This document shows, piece after piece, positions 1-9,673 of a stretch of DNA of 64,000 nt (position 1 is the stretch's first letter; each line of letters starts with the position of its first letter). The notes below the pieces were generated by a model. It searched no databases, was not told where the DNA came from, and worked only from the letters and a program-made list of their open reading frames with translations. A program made the translations under genes and the position numbers. The stretch comes from a virus: the IMG/VR virus record IMGVR_UViG_3300045974_000198; one strand, written 5' to 3'.

Positions 1-292
1 ATGACACTCGTAACGTTGATGGTTTGGGCTTTTGGAGTCGTGTGTGGCTATGCACTTCATGGTCTTCTCTATAGAGAATAAAACAACTTGACAAGAAAGG
101 ATAACTAAGCTATGGTTCAGGTCACATTGCGGGAGATTAACAGGCGAGGACGTTTCGAGGAGCTTTGTCAGCACACTGGTATGTTTGGTCCTTGGGATCT
201 TCATAATGGTATTGCTGATCCTGATGAAGTAGTTCAGTTGACCCAAGGTCAAGCGTCTGCTCTTGGATTGAACCCCACAGGCAGGAGAGCTT

Positions 293-850
293 TTGATGAT
301 AATGAGGACCCCTATATTTGTCGATTTCGATGAAACGCTGGTGAATACGGTGGGTGCCGTCTTGGAAAGATTTTTTATCAAGACTGGCATCCGCCTATCT
401 ACCAAAGACATTAAACACTGGACTTGGTTGAGCGATACTTATGGTGAAGAGTTTGCTCATTTCTGGGTTCAGCCTGGATTGTATGATGATGTAGAGCCAC
501 TTCCTGGAGCTATTGAGTTCATTAAAGAGCTTAGGAAAGACTGGCATCCAATTGTATTGACCCACTCGCATAGTTGTGTAATTGAAGAAAAATCTCGTTG
601 CATTGAGAAACTATTTGATTTGCCTTATGTCCACGAGATTGATAAGTGGAAAGTTACTGGCACATTTCCATTGATTGATGATGGACCACATAATATTAAA
701 GCTCAAGTGGAAAACAATGCAGCACCAGCTGTTCTATTCAATTTAGACAATAGTCGTGGCTGGTCTACTTTAGATTTGGTTTCGCCTTTGATGACCAAAG
801 CTTATACTTATAGTGAGGTATTATGTCAAATCGAACAGTTCAGAAAGTAG
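293..850 (+). CDS. HAD-family 5'(3')-deoxyribonucleotidase-like protein
   Basis: DFDETL (DxD) motif I, LT motif II and IDDGPHN motif IV, typical of NT5C-like phage proteins. Confidence 0.7.
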   Translation: MMIMRTPIFVDFDETLVNTVGAVLERFFIKTGIRLSTKDIKHWTWLSDTYGEEFAHFWVQPGLYDDVEPLPGAIEFIKELRKDWHPIVLTHSHSCVIEEKSRCIEKLFDLPYVHEIDKWKVTGTFPLIDDGPHNIKAQVENNAAPAVLFNLDNSRGWSTLDLVSPLMTKAYTYSEVLCQIEQFRK

Positions 851-967
851 AAAGAATTGGTGGAAGATGTCTTCTGTCTAAAAACGAAGATCATCACTGT
901 CCAGCTGCTAATTCTGCTATGCGTTGTGCTAACTTAAAAAATGGTCCATGCTCAAAGGAGAAATCAG

Positions 968-1549
968 ATGAAAGACCTGGCGAATGAAATACATTTGTGT
1001 TTAAGTGCACTATCTGATGCTCCTAATAAGGTTCGTAGAGAAGTAGCAAGCAAAATAACTCTTCACTTTGCTGAGATTACCAGAACATTTGTTGGTCTTA
1101 TTGCTGATGATAAATTTTTGTTTGAAGACTTATTCTTGATGAACTTTAATGAAAAGGAAAAAAGCAGGATCATAGGAAGATATCTTGGTGTAGAACCTTG
1201 GCGGCTTGCAGCTAATGATGTTTTCAGAGATGAGATACAGAGATTTAGCGTTTATGTTTTAGTCTGTGATAATTTAGCTAAGATCTATCCAAGCATAAGC
1301 TCTGCATGCAGTCTTAATATGATTGAGTTTTGTGCCTCATGGAGTGCAATTAATGGCAGCGGTGTTTTAAGAGAGTTACTGTTCTCAAAAATAAAAGACT
1401 CTAGTATGCTCGCTGAACATTTACAAGAACAACATCGCACTTACAAAGAGCGTATTGAGAATGGGACTGATGCTATTGACAGGGCCAATGAAACTTTATT
1501 TTCATTTGGTTTCGATGAAGATGAAGAAGATGAATATGAGGAGGCTTAA
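968..1549 (+). CDS. hypothetical protein with acidic C-terminus
   Basis: Long ORF; GGAG RBS before ATG at 968. Confidence 0.6.
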   Translation: MKDLANEIHLCLSALSDAPNKVRREVASKITLHFAEITRTFVGLIADDKFLFEDLFLMNFNEKEKSRIIGRYLGVEPWRLAANDVFRDEIQRFSVYVLVCDNLAKIYPSISSACSLNMIEFCASWSAINGSGVLRELLFSKIKDSSMLAEHLQEQHRTYKERIENGTDAIDRANETLFSFGFDEDEEDEYEEA

Positions 1550-1773
1550 TGGAAATCTTGTATAAAGGCACTCTACCTGGCGATATGGAGTATCAAGTGA
1601 CATGCATAAATTGCAAGTCTATACTGAAGTTCAAGCGCTGCGAGGCTATAGAAACAACTGATTGGCGTGAAGGTAGTTACTTGCGGGTTACATGTCCGGT
1701 ATGTGAGAGCTCTATTACAAAGAGTGCTTCGGACTATATCAAACCGCATGTAAGCTATTATAGTGCTAAATAA
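1549..1773 (+). CDS. small zinc-ribbon protein
   Basis: CxxC...CPxC; start overlaps the upstream stop. Confidence 0.55.
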   Translation: MEILYKGTLPGDMEYQVTCINCKSILKFKRCEAIETTDWREGSYLRVTCPVCESSITKSASDYIKPHVSYYSAK

Positions 1774-2375
1774 ACGTATTAAAATGTAATGAGGTATGTT
1801 ATGGAAGAAAAAGAAATCAAATTACTTGATGAAGAAGCTGGCGATCTAGAAGAGATAAGAATTTGTGTAAAGAAATATAGCTCTCTGGGTCACGCATGGA
1901 ATGGACACGCTTTTGTGAACCCGTATAATGGTAGTGATGTATCATTTGTGGTTGATAGAAGATTGCTTGATGAATGATGTTATGATCATCATGGGTAATT
2001 ATGAATGCCCTAAGTGCCATGTGATAAACTGGGTATTCATTAGGAATGAAGATGAGTATAATGGACTTCAATGTATGAAGTGCAAATGCTTTATCAATGA
2101 CAAGCTAAAACAAGAGATGATTGACTTCAATGAGGAGTATTGGAAAAATGATATTGGCTTCGGTGACTGATGAGAAAGCATGGATAGAATTCGAAAACAA
2201 TCTCAAACAACATGACTGGTATTTTGAATACAGCGATGATGGTCGTGTCTGGCGTGCCGGTAAAGAGGCGCAGGGAAGAATACGCCATCAACGCAACAGC
2301 CTTGTTCAAGTTGATCCTGAAAGAGCAAATCAGCTCTACGAAAAATACGCAAAAGGATAAATAAAAGGAGGACGT

Positions 2376-3737
2376 ATGCTAGATTTAGCAATGAATTTTT
2401 GTAAAGCTGTAGCTGAAAAAGGCGGACGTCCTTATTTTACGGGCGGTTACGTCAGAGATAAGCTTTTAGGTGTTCCAAGTAAGGATGTAGATTTGGAAAT
2501 ATTTGACTTGACAGCTTTGGAGCTGGAAAGTATAATGGTCTTGTTCGGTAATGTAAACTTCGTTGGTAAACAGTACGGAATTTACAAACTAGCTGGTCTA
2601 GACATCGGTCTACCTCGTCGTGAGCGTAAGACCGGTGTCAAGCACACAGAGTTCCAGTGTACAGTTGATCCACACATGAGCATTCGTGAAGCAGCCATCA
2701 GGCGTGACTTCACGATGAATGCGATCTACTATGATCCCATAGATGAATGTCATATAGATCCATTCAATGGTATACAAGATCTACTGTGTGAAAAGACTAT
2801 TAAGCATGTAGATGCTTATACATTTGTAGAAGATCCTTTGAGGCCTATACGTGCAGCAAGGTTTAGAGCAGTCTATCCATTCCTGAGTATAGCAGATGAT
2901 ACTAGAAAGCTATGTCATCAGATGCCTAGAGACCCTATTGCAGATCTACCAATAGACCGAGTCTTCGGTGAACTTGAAAAGGTTCTTATGAAGGCTAAGT
3001 CGCCTTCTGTCTTCTTTCATGCTTTGGAGTCTATCTACTTACTGGAAACCGTATTCCCTGAGCTTGCCCGTATGCGTTATATAGACCAGGGCAAGAAATG
3101 GCACCCTGAAGGCAGTGTGTATAATCATACACTACTGGCGCTTGATGTGCTATCTGTTGGAGAGCGTGAGCTTGATGTTATGCTTGCTCTGCTATACCAT
3201 GATCTTGGTAAAGAACTTGTGCACGTTGAAGTTGATGGTGATGCGGTTAGGTTTAAAGGTCATGCCTTTAAGACTGCTAATGCCATTAAAGCTCTTCGTA
3301 GAGTTACTCTTGATGGCAACTTAACTGATAGTGTGCTTAGTCTTGTTCAGAGCCATATGAGACCGTATGACTTTAAGAAAGATAGTGTTCGTAAAAAGCA
3401 CATTAGGAGGCTTGCTACTGAGGTAGATGTGCCCAAGCTTGTTAAGGTGCACTATGCCGACAAGGCTGGTAGAGGTGACCTTGGCGAAGACTTTGAATCT
3501 AAAGTTATAACAGCCAATCAAATACTTGACTTGTACCATGAAATCAAAGATGAGATCAAGCCTTTGATGTCTGGTAGGGATTTGATAGACCTTGGTATGA
3601 AACCTAGTAAGGAGTTTAGTGAGATCCTAAAAGTTGTTTATAATAAGCAACTTGACGAAGAGCTTGCCACTCTTGAAGAGTGCATTTACTATGTAAAAGT
3701 CAGATATCTTGATCAGATTTGGGGCCAACAAGGTTAA
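2376..3737 (+). CDS. cca: CCA-adding tRNA nucleotidyltransferase with HD domain
   Basis: GGYVRD..KDVDLE, RRDFTMNA, EDPLRPIRAARF, HPEG..H and YHDLGK motifs; AGGAGG RBS. Confidence 0.92.
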   Translation: MLDLAMNFCKAVAEKGGRPYFTGGYVRDKLLGVPSKDVDLEIFDLTALELESIMVLFGNVNFVGKQYGIYKLAGLDIGLPRRERKTGVKHTEFQCTVDPHMSIREAAIRRDFTMNAIYYDPIDECHIDPFNGIQDLLCEKTIKHVDAYTFVEDPLRPIRAARFRAVYPFLSIADDTRKLCHQMPRDPIADLPIDRVFGELEKVLMKAKSPSVFFHALESIYLLETVFPELARMRYIDQGKKWHPEGSVYNHTLLALDVLSVGERELDVMLALLYHDLGKELVHVEVDGDAVRFKGHAFKTANAIKALRRVTLDGNLTDSVLSLVQSHMRPYDFKKDSVRKKHIRRLATEVDVPKLVKVHYADKAGRGDLGEDFESKVITANQILDLYHEIKDEIKPLMSGRDLIDLGMKPSKEFSEILKVVYNKQLDEELATLEECIYYVKVRYLDQIWGQQG

Positions 3738-3796
3738 TAACATAGAAAGAGCCCAGCTGCGAAAGTGGCTGGGCAACTTTACTTTAAGGGAGCATT

Positions 3797-4165
3797 ATGA
3801 CACAACAAGTAAAATCGACTGACGAGATCCGCATTGGAAACCTCGAAAAGGCTATCACTTCTATCTTTAAGAAGATGAAAAGCCTGGAAGTTTTTAACAA
3901 GTTTTTACTAACAAATCTCATTGAGAATTGCGCTCAGACTTCTGGGACTGTTGACTATTTAATAGCCAACCAAGATGCAACTCTTGATGAACTCTCCTTC
4001 CATTCGGAGATGGCACGAGATGCTATCATCGAGGAAGTATTCAAAGATGGGGTTGTGAATCCTGACGGCCTCGCCATTACGAAACTCAGCAAACCGCCTA
4101 TTGCTACGAAGGTCGAAGAACCAGCTAAGGCCACACCTGCTAAGATGGAACTGAGTATATCGTAA
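3797..4165 (+). CDS. hypothetical protein
   Basis: ORF with GGGAG RBS. Confidence 0.55.
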   Translation: MTQQVKSTDEIRIGNLEKAITSIFKKMKSLEVFNKFLLTNLIENCAQTSGTVDYLIANQDATLDELSFHSEMARDAIIEEVFKDGVVNPDGLAITKLSKPPIATKVEEPAKATPAKMELSIS

Positions 4166-4201
4166 AATAAAAACAAGGAGGACAAGATAATTAAATATCT
4201 A

Positions 4202-4753
4202 ATGACATTTGCCGTATGGCTAATGTTAAGTACGACTGCGTATGCCACTAGATATGTAGATGAACTTGCCTTGCTCAGTAACAACAGTATCACAGAAACA
4301 CAATTGTCACAGTATTTCGATGCTGTGCAGCTTATGGGAAAGATTAAAAGACTGGAGGCTAATCTTGTATTGAAATATAAGAATGACAAGGATCTATTTG
4401 AGACTTGCAAGCTTATATGTAAGTATGAAAATAGCACTTTTAACAGATACCATATAGCAGCTATAATAGCAAAAGAATCAAAGTTCGATAGTAGGGCATG
4501 GAACAAACGTGATGGCGGTAAAGGCCTCACTATGACTATGCCAAAGTATTGGAAGAAGGAACTCCCGTGGTATACAAATCCATGGGACAAAGAGCAAAGT
4601 ATAAAGGCATGTGTTCAAGTACTTAGTATTCTCCACACCGAGCAGCAGAGGAGGACCTGGGAAGCTATCAGGAAGTATAATGGTAGTGCCCCATCGACCC
4701 ATCAGTATGTAGCTGATGCCAAGAGAATCTATGGTCAACTTGTAATATTGTAA
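4202..4753 (+). CDS. SLT-like lytic transglycosylase, signal peptide likely
   Basis: AAIIAKESKF catalytic Glu motif, GL-x-x motif, YNG motif; hydrophobic N-terminus. Confidence 0.7.
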   Translation: MTFAVWLMLSTTAYATRYVDELALLSNNSITETQLSQYFDAVQLMGKIKRLEANLVLKYKNDKDLFETCKLICKYENSTFNRYHIAAIIAKESKFDSRAWNKRDGGKGLTMTMPKYWKKELPWYTNPWDKEQSIKACVQVLSILHTEQQRRTWEAIRKYNGSAPSTHQYVADAKRIYGQLVIL

Positions 4754-4761
4754 CAGAAGTG

Positions 4762-4786
4762 CCCTCTAGCAATGGAGGGCTTTTTG
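4762..4786 (+). terminator. intrinsic terminator
   Basis: GCCCTCT/GGAGGGC hairpin plus T run; implies the ligase starts at ATG 4798, not 4759. Confidence 0.6.
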
Positions 4787-4797
4787 CATGGAGATGT

Positions 4798-6222
4798 ATG
4801 GTATATCTAAGAATACTGGAAGAGCTCGAAAGACTGCAGAAGACCAATGAAAAGTTGGCACTGCTTGAAGAACATAAAGACAATCTCAATCTAAAGGACT
4901 ATTTACAAATAGCTCTTGATGATAGAATAACATTTGGTGTAGCAAAGATTAAAGATATTGCCTTTGCTGACACTGACAATTTTACAGTAAGAGATGGAGA
5001 TGGAACATTTGAATCTTTCCGTCGCCTAGTTTCACTCTTGTATCATCGTGAGCTGACTGGCAATAATGCTCATAAAACCATTAACTGGTTCTTGGAGGGT
5101 TGCAATGATCTTGAGAAGAAATGGTTTAGGAAGTGTATTCAGAAAGACTTGGCTTCTTGTAAAGTTGGTGCCAGTCTTGTCAATCGTGTTTGGCCTCTAC
5201 TTGCATTGGACTTTAAGTGCATGCTTGCTGAGAAAGAGGAGAAGCTTGAAAAGGTAGATTTCTCTCAAGGGGCTGGAGCAGAACTTAAGGGCAATGGCAT
5301 TAGAACTTTCTGGCCTCTAGACTCGGAAGGCAAGGTAACATCTACTAAATGGTATCCTAACTATAAGGGCCCAATTGGAAGAAGCGGTATGCCTCTACCT
5401 CAGTTCATGTTTATGCTACCTCACATTGAGGCAGTAGGCTGGGCTGATCAGATGATTGATACAGAAGTTCACTGTAAGCATTGCTTACCAAATATCCAAA
5501 CTATCATGCAGTTTGAGCCTGCTATCATTGGGGACTTCACTAACGATAAGGGTAAAGTATCTAAGAAGTGGGATGATTATCTTATCAAAGAAAAAGAAGT
5601 TGCAATTCTGCGAGAAGATGTTACAATAAACATTATAGACGTTCTTACGAAGGAAGAGTGGGAAGCTGAGGAATGCGAGCGTGATTATGAAGAGCGCCGT
5701 CTTTACCTTGATAGTCTTGATGTACATCTGTGTGAAACCTTCGGAACTGTTCGCAAAATCTATACTATGCCCTGGGAAAGAGTTGATAGCTATGCTGAAG
5801 CTGTAGCTGTTGCTCAAAAGTGGATTGATATGAAGCTCGAAGGTGCTATCATCAAGCCATTTAGAGGCAAGTATCGTTGGACACGTCATTATGACTGGAC
5901 AAAAGTCAAGGAAGAAGTAGAAGAAGATGTACTCATTATCGGTTACGAAGTAGCTGAACAGACCTATGGAGTAAATGGTGTTGCTAATCCACCTATCCTT
6001 GGTAAGTTCCTTGTAATAGATAGTGAAGGTAGAAAGTTTGGAGTTGGTACTGGTATTGGCTGGACATTTGAATTCTATAGGGAAGCTCTGGAACACATCG
6101 AAGATTTTCACCATAGAGTTATGAAAATTACAGCACAATCTTTTACTAGCAAAGCAGCTATCTGTCCACGGTTTGACTGTTTTCGTGATGATAAAACAGC
6201 CCGAGACATTATCGGTGACTAA
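4798..6222 (+). CDS. lig: ATP-dependent DNA ligase (T4 gp30-like)
   Basis: N-terminal helical domain, ELKGNGIR (KxxGxR), EGAIIK, WTKVK and CPRF OB-fold motifs. Confidence 0.88.
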   Translation: MVYLRILEELERLQKTNEKLALLEEHKDNLNLKDYLQIALDDRITFGVAKIKDIAFADTDNFTVRDGDGTFESFRRLVSLLYHRELTGNNAHKTINWFLEGCNDLEKKWFRKCIQKDLASCKVGASLVNRVWPLLALDFKCMLAEKEEKLEKVDFSQGAGAELKGNGIRTFWPLDSEGKVTSTKWYPNYKGPIGRSGMPLPQFMFMLPHIEAVGWADQMIDTEVHCKHCLPNIQTIMQFEPAIIGDFTNDKGKVSKKWDDYLIKEKEVAILREDVTINIIDVLTKEEWEAEECERDYEERRLYLDSLDVHLCETFGTVRKIYTMPWERVDSYAEAVAVAQKWIDMKLEGAIIKPFRGKYRWTRHYDWTKVKEEVEEDVLIIGYEVAEQTYGVNGVANPPILGKFLVIDSEGRKFGVGTGIGWTFEFYREALEHIEDFHHRVMKITAQSFTSKAAICPRFDCFRDDKTARDIIGD

Positions 6223-6310
6223 TGTACCTGGCGTAAATTTTATTATAGATAGTTATTAACAAACAATAAGTCGTGCTATGCATGACGGAATTGTCTAATG
6301 GAGCAACTGA

Positions 6311-6802
6311 ATGAAATTATCAGAGAAAATTCTTAGATCATTAAATAAGCAGATGAACGAAGAACTGTTCAATAGTATGACATATTTTGCTATGTCATCT
6401 CATGCTAATTATATGGGTTTCTTTGGTGTTGAGTCATGGTTAAAAGCTCAAGCATTACAAGAGCTTGAACATATGCGCAGGTTTGCGTCTTATATAAATG
6501 ATGCTAACTATGTGCTCCAAGTGTCTACAATGACGGCTCCGATAAATTTATTCGATTCGCTCATGGATATATTCACAGCAGCACTTGAAAGAGAAGAAGT
6601 AACAACAAGAAATTGTAACGATATCCGCGCATTGGCAAAAGAAGAAAGAGACCAGAACACCGAAGTATTTATGGACTGGTTCGTTAACGAGCAAACAGAA
6701 GAATTAGCATGGGCAAATGAATATATAGCAATGCTGAAAGTAGCTGGAGATAACCCAGCGGCTCTGTTCTATTTTGATAATGTATTAGCGGAAAAAGTTT
6801 AG
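6311..6802 (+). CDS. ftnA: non-heme ferritin
   Basis: LNKQMNEELFNSMTY, ELEHM and FMDWFVNEQTEE ferroxidase motifs. Confidence 0.9.
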   Translation: MKLSEKILRSLNKQMNEELFNSMTYFAMSSHANYMGFFGVESWLKAQALQELEHMRRFASYINDANYVLQVSTMTAPINLFDSLMDIFTAALEREEVTTRNCNDIRALAKEERDQNTEVFMDWFVNEQTEELAWANEYIAMLKVAGDNPAALFYFDNVLAEKV

Positions 6803-6834
6803 CCAGAGATAGACTGTATATACAGTTCTAAGAG

Positions 6835-6862
6835 AGCCCTGGCATATTGTCAGGGCTTTCTT
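6835..6862 (+). terminator. intrinsic terminator after ferritin
   Basis: AGCCCTGGC/GTCAGGGCT hairpin plus TTCTT. Confidence 0.6.
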
Positions 6863-6882
6863 AGTTAAACCCAGGAGGAATT

Positions 6883-6936
6883 ATGAGTACTTTTGGTTTT
6901 TGTAACACAGAAGTAGTGCGTAGCGGATTACGTTAA
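6883..6936 (+). CDS. 17-aa mini-ORF MSTFGFCNTEVVRSGLR
   Basis: Perfect AGGAGG RBS at normal spacing; overlaps a hairpin element. Confidence 0.35.
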   Translation: MSTFGFCNTEVVRSGLR

Positions 6937-6981
6937 ACGCGCCTTAGATCAGAGGCAGGGCTACTTCACCCACAACTTTTT

Positions 6982-7066
6982 GGATTGTGACCGGCACAGG
7001 TGACTGGACAGGGCTGTAACCCCTCGCTCTTCGGAGCACTAGGTTCGAATCCTAGACAATCCACCA
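6982..7066 (+). tRNA. trnY: tRNA-Tyr(GTA)
   Basis: GGATTGT/ACAATCC acceptor, CTGTAAC loop, long variable arm, encoded CCA. Confidence 0.9.
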
Positions 7067-7075
7067 GATACAAAC

Positions 7076-7192
7076 TTGCAGCACCTTATATGCTTACATG
7101 CACTAGATCAATTGGTAGATCACCAGTATTCAAAACCGGAAGAGCGGTTCAAGTCCGCACGCAAATGAACAAGCATATACAACTCGCTGCAA
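7076..7192 (+). ncRNA. Y-RNA-like element Y1 (non-permuted tRNA body, TCA-centred loop)
   Basis: TTGCAGC/GCTGCAA and ATATGCTT/AAGCATAT helices enclose D arm, anticodon-like arm and T arm; GCTTACATGC motif. Confidence 0.7.
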
Positions 7193-7200
7193 CATAATAC

Positions 7201-7328
7201 GTATGGCACCTATCACGCTTACATGCTAATACTGTTCGAATGGTTCGGACATTTTCCTCGAAAGAAAACGCTTGTGGGTTCGAGTCCCACTATTAACTCC
7301 ATCAAAAGCATGATTAACTAAGCCATAC
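7201..7328 (+). ncRNA. Y-RNA-like element Y2 (non-permuted tRNA body, CGA loop)
   Basis: GTATGGC/GCCATAC helix; TAATA/TATTA, TTTTC-CTCGAAA-GAAAA, GTGGG-TTCGAGT-CCCAC; GCTTACATGC motif. Confidence 0.7.
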
Positions 7329-7355
7329 AACTAACTAGCCTAAAGGAGAACGCCC

Positions 7356-8876
7356 ATGGCAACGGAAGTAAGTAAATTTAACCGTCAGGATCTTATTACC
7401 CATCTTACTAAGAGTAAGCATGGTGACTTCAACTCTTACAAAACTTTTGGTATTCCTGCCACCCAACATGACCCTGAGTTTTTAGCTCATCTTATTACCT
7501 GGAACTTGGTTAAAGGTGAGATTCGTGACTCTAAGGTAGCGCTACCAGTAATCGCTCTGAGAAACCTCGAGCGCACTGATGCTGTTTATGCTGAGAATGC
7601 AGTTGCCAACCTTATGTCGTTGGACCCGCGTAACCTGTATCGGGCGTATAGCTTCAATAAGATTATGTCTGCTGATAAGCTTACCATCGCTGGTGGGCAT
7701 CGTAGAATGCTTGAAAATGCTCTGAAGACCTATCTTGAAATTAGAGAAGGTAATCGTGGCTGGTGGGATAAGACTGCTATTCAGCATCGTGCTTCTTTGA
7801 AGGCTCTTTATGCTGTATCTCACAAGAAGCCTTCTGCTTATGCTCAGGCTGTATTGTTTGAGCGTAAATTTCCTGCTGGCTCTGTCTTTCACAAGATTGC
7901 CAACATGAAGTCTATGCCTGCTCAAGAGGCTGCTGGTGTCATTCTCAACAATAGGCTGCCTGCCCAGATTGTCATGGGAGCCCTCGGGCGGACTAAAGAA
8001 GACCTGATTAAGGATCGTGTTCTTATCATGGCTCTTCTTGAAGGTATGTCCGGTCAGCAACTGGTTAACTCCACTAAGTTTCTTCAGTCTCTTGGTGTGA
8101 TGTCTGATCCAGTGCTATCTTCGGAGTATGCTAAGGCTCTTGAAAGAGCTAAGGGTGACAAGAAGATGTCTACCCTGAAAGCTGGTGTAGCTCTTAAGGC
8201 TATTAAGGAAGCTAATCCTGATGATGCTGTTACAGCAGCTCTGGTGGAGAAACTGTCTCAGGTGCAGGAAGCTCGTGTATCTGCTAAGTGCTCGATTGAT
8301 GGTGATTGGGTTATTCTTGGTGATATGTCTGGCTCAATGAGCCGTGCTGTTACGATGGCTGTTGAGATTGCTTCACTGATTGCTCGGTCTGTAACTGGTA
8401 AGGTATATTTGATCTTCTTCAATACAGCTCCTCGTCTATTTGACGTGACTGGCAAGACCCTTGAAGAAATTCAGAAGGCTTGTGCTGGCATCAGAGCTGG
8501 TGGCGGAACTTCTTGCGGTTGTGGCTTGAAGTATCTTGAAGACCGTAATATCGCTATTCAGGGCATTGCTCATGTTGGCGATGGTGGTGATAACTCCAAT
8601 CCTTTCTTTCATGAGGCTTATAAGTCTTATGCTAAGAAATTTGGCTATGATCCTACTACCTACTTCTTCAAGCTTACTGGTGATAGGGATGCATTCTCTA
8701 TCTGGACCAAGAGCTCTGGCATTGATGTTGAGACATTTGATCTGTCTTCAATGCAAGTTGACCATTATTCGATTCCTAACCTCGTAGCATCTATGAAGGT
8801 TATGAAATATTCCCTAGCGGATGAGATCTTTGATACTCCGCTTCTCACCCTTAACGATGTGTTTACAATCAAATAA
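7356..8876 (+). CDS. rsr: Ro60/TROVE-domain RNA-binding protein with vWA domain
   Basis: TROVE-like helical N-terminus (HDPEFLAHL, RDSKVALP), vWA MIDAS DMSGSM and GGTSCGCGL; flanked by Y-like RNAs. Confidence 0.85.
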   Translation: MATEVSKFNRQDLITHLTKSKHGDFNSYKTFGIPATQHDPEFLAHLITWNLVKGEIRDSKVALPVIALRNLERTDAVYAENAVANLMSLDPRNLYRAYSFNKIMSADKLTIAGGHRRMLENALKTYLEIREGNRGWWDKTAIQHRASLKALYAVSHKKPSAYAQAVLFERKFPAGSVFHKIANMKSMPAQEAAGVILNNRLPAQIVMGALGRTKEDLIKDRVLIMALLEGMSGQQLVNSTKFLQSLGVMSDPVLSSEYAKALERAKGDKKMSTLKAGVALKAIKEANPDDAVTAALVEKLSQVQEARVSAKCSIDGDWVILGDMSGSMSRAVTMAVEIASLIARSVTGKVYLIFFNTAPRLFDVTGKTLEEIQKACAGIRAGGGTSCGCGLKYLEDRNIAIQGIAHVGDGGDNSNPFFHEAYKSYAKKFGYDPTTYFFKLTGDRDAFSIWTKSSGIDVETFDLSSMQVDHYSIPNLVASMKVMKYSLADEIFDTPLLTLNDVFTIK

Positions 8877-8893
8877 CACAGGAGGATAAAATA

Positions 8894-9193
8894 ATGAATG
8901 TTAACCAGCTTAAAATGTTCTTAACAAGAGACAAAACCATTGAAGATATGGTAGTTGCCCGCGTGCAGCTTAAAGCTCTTGCTCAAGGCTACGCAGATGC
9001 TAAGCTTTCTGTGCCTGCGTGGATTGTAGAAAAGGTTAGTCTGATTGACCTTGAAATCGCAGCAGCTGTTCGTGCTGAGAAGATGGCAACTCTGGCTAAA
9101 TACGAGGCACGTCGTTCTGAACTGATGACTACCAGCGAAAAGCGTAATGCGCTTGATGCTGAAATCGCAGCTCTGAGAGCGAGCTTAATGTAA
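8894..9193 (+). CDS. hypothetical coiled-coil protein
   Basis: AGGAGG RBS; directly follows the TROVE gene. Confidence 0.65.
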   Translation: MNVNQLKMFLTRDKTIEDMVVARVQLKALAQGYADAKLSVPAWIVEKVSLIDLEIAAAVRAEKMATLAKYEARRSELMTTSEKRNALDAEIAALRASLM

Positions 9194-9198
9194 TAATA

Positions 9199-9269
9199 AA
9201 CCCTCTAGACTAAGTTAAGTCCGCCAGTAGCCCTGGCAAATACTGGTATCAAATCCAGTGAGGGCCCCA
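9199..9269 (+). ncRNA. degenerate tRNA-like RNA
   Basis: CCCTC/GAGGG acceptor-like stem, GCCAG/CTGGC arm with a 5-nt loop, ACTGG/CCAGT T-like arm, ends CCA. Confidence 0.45.
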
Positions 9270-9275
9270 TTAATG

Positions 9276-9427
9276 AGTAGTGTGGAGCACTTTACAAGCT
9301 TACACGCAAACATTCAGGTTCGAGTCCTGACCCCGGTACTATGCCGGGGTCGCCCAATTGGTAGGGCACTTTCATTCGGAGAAAGCAACAAAGCAAACAC
9401 AGCTTTTATGACTCGCTCCACACTACT
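9276..9427 (+). ncRNA. Y-RNA-like element Y3 (permuted tRNA, TCG loop)
   Basis: 13-bp AGTAGTGTGGAGC/GCTCCACACTACT helix; order T arm, acceptor hairpin CCCCGG/CCGGGG, D arm, CTTTC-ATTCGGA-GAAAG. Confidence 0.8.
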
Positions 9428-9437
9428 TAACTTTAAC

Positions 9438-9581
9438 GAAGGGCACCTTTGTAGCTTACACGCAAATATAGAGGTTCGAATCCTTTAGTCTCCACCATAT
9501 GGGGACTGAGCCTGGTGGTCAGGCACTTCAATGTAAATGAAGCAACAAAAAAGCAAACACAGCTAGACTAACTAGCCCTTC
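9438..9581 (+). ncRNA. Y-RNA-like element Y4 (permuted tRNA, GTA loop, internal ACCA)
   Basis: GAAGGGC/GCCCTTC helix; T arm, TAGTCTCC-ACCA-TAT-GGGGACTG, D arm, CTTCA-ATGTAAA-TGAAG. Confidence 0.8.
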
Positions 9582-9592
9582 AACAAATTTTC

Positions 9593-9660
9593 ACTAGGCA
9601 CAAACTAAACATACACGCTGACATTTGATTTGCTTATAAAGTTTAGTAAACTAGCCTAGT
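9593..9660 (+). ncRNA. Y-RNA-like element Y5 (minimal, no tRNA module)
   Basis: ACTAGGC/GCCTAGT and ACTAAAC/GTTTAGT helices with the same AC/ACTA internal loop. Confidence 0.6.
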
Positions 9661-9673
9661 AATAACTACTCAT

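Noticed and set aside
848-936. Amber read-through extension of the HAD gene
   Set aside because: The region is better explained by an overlapping Cys-rich ORF in another frame.
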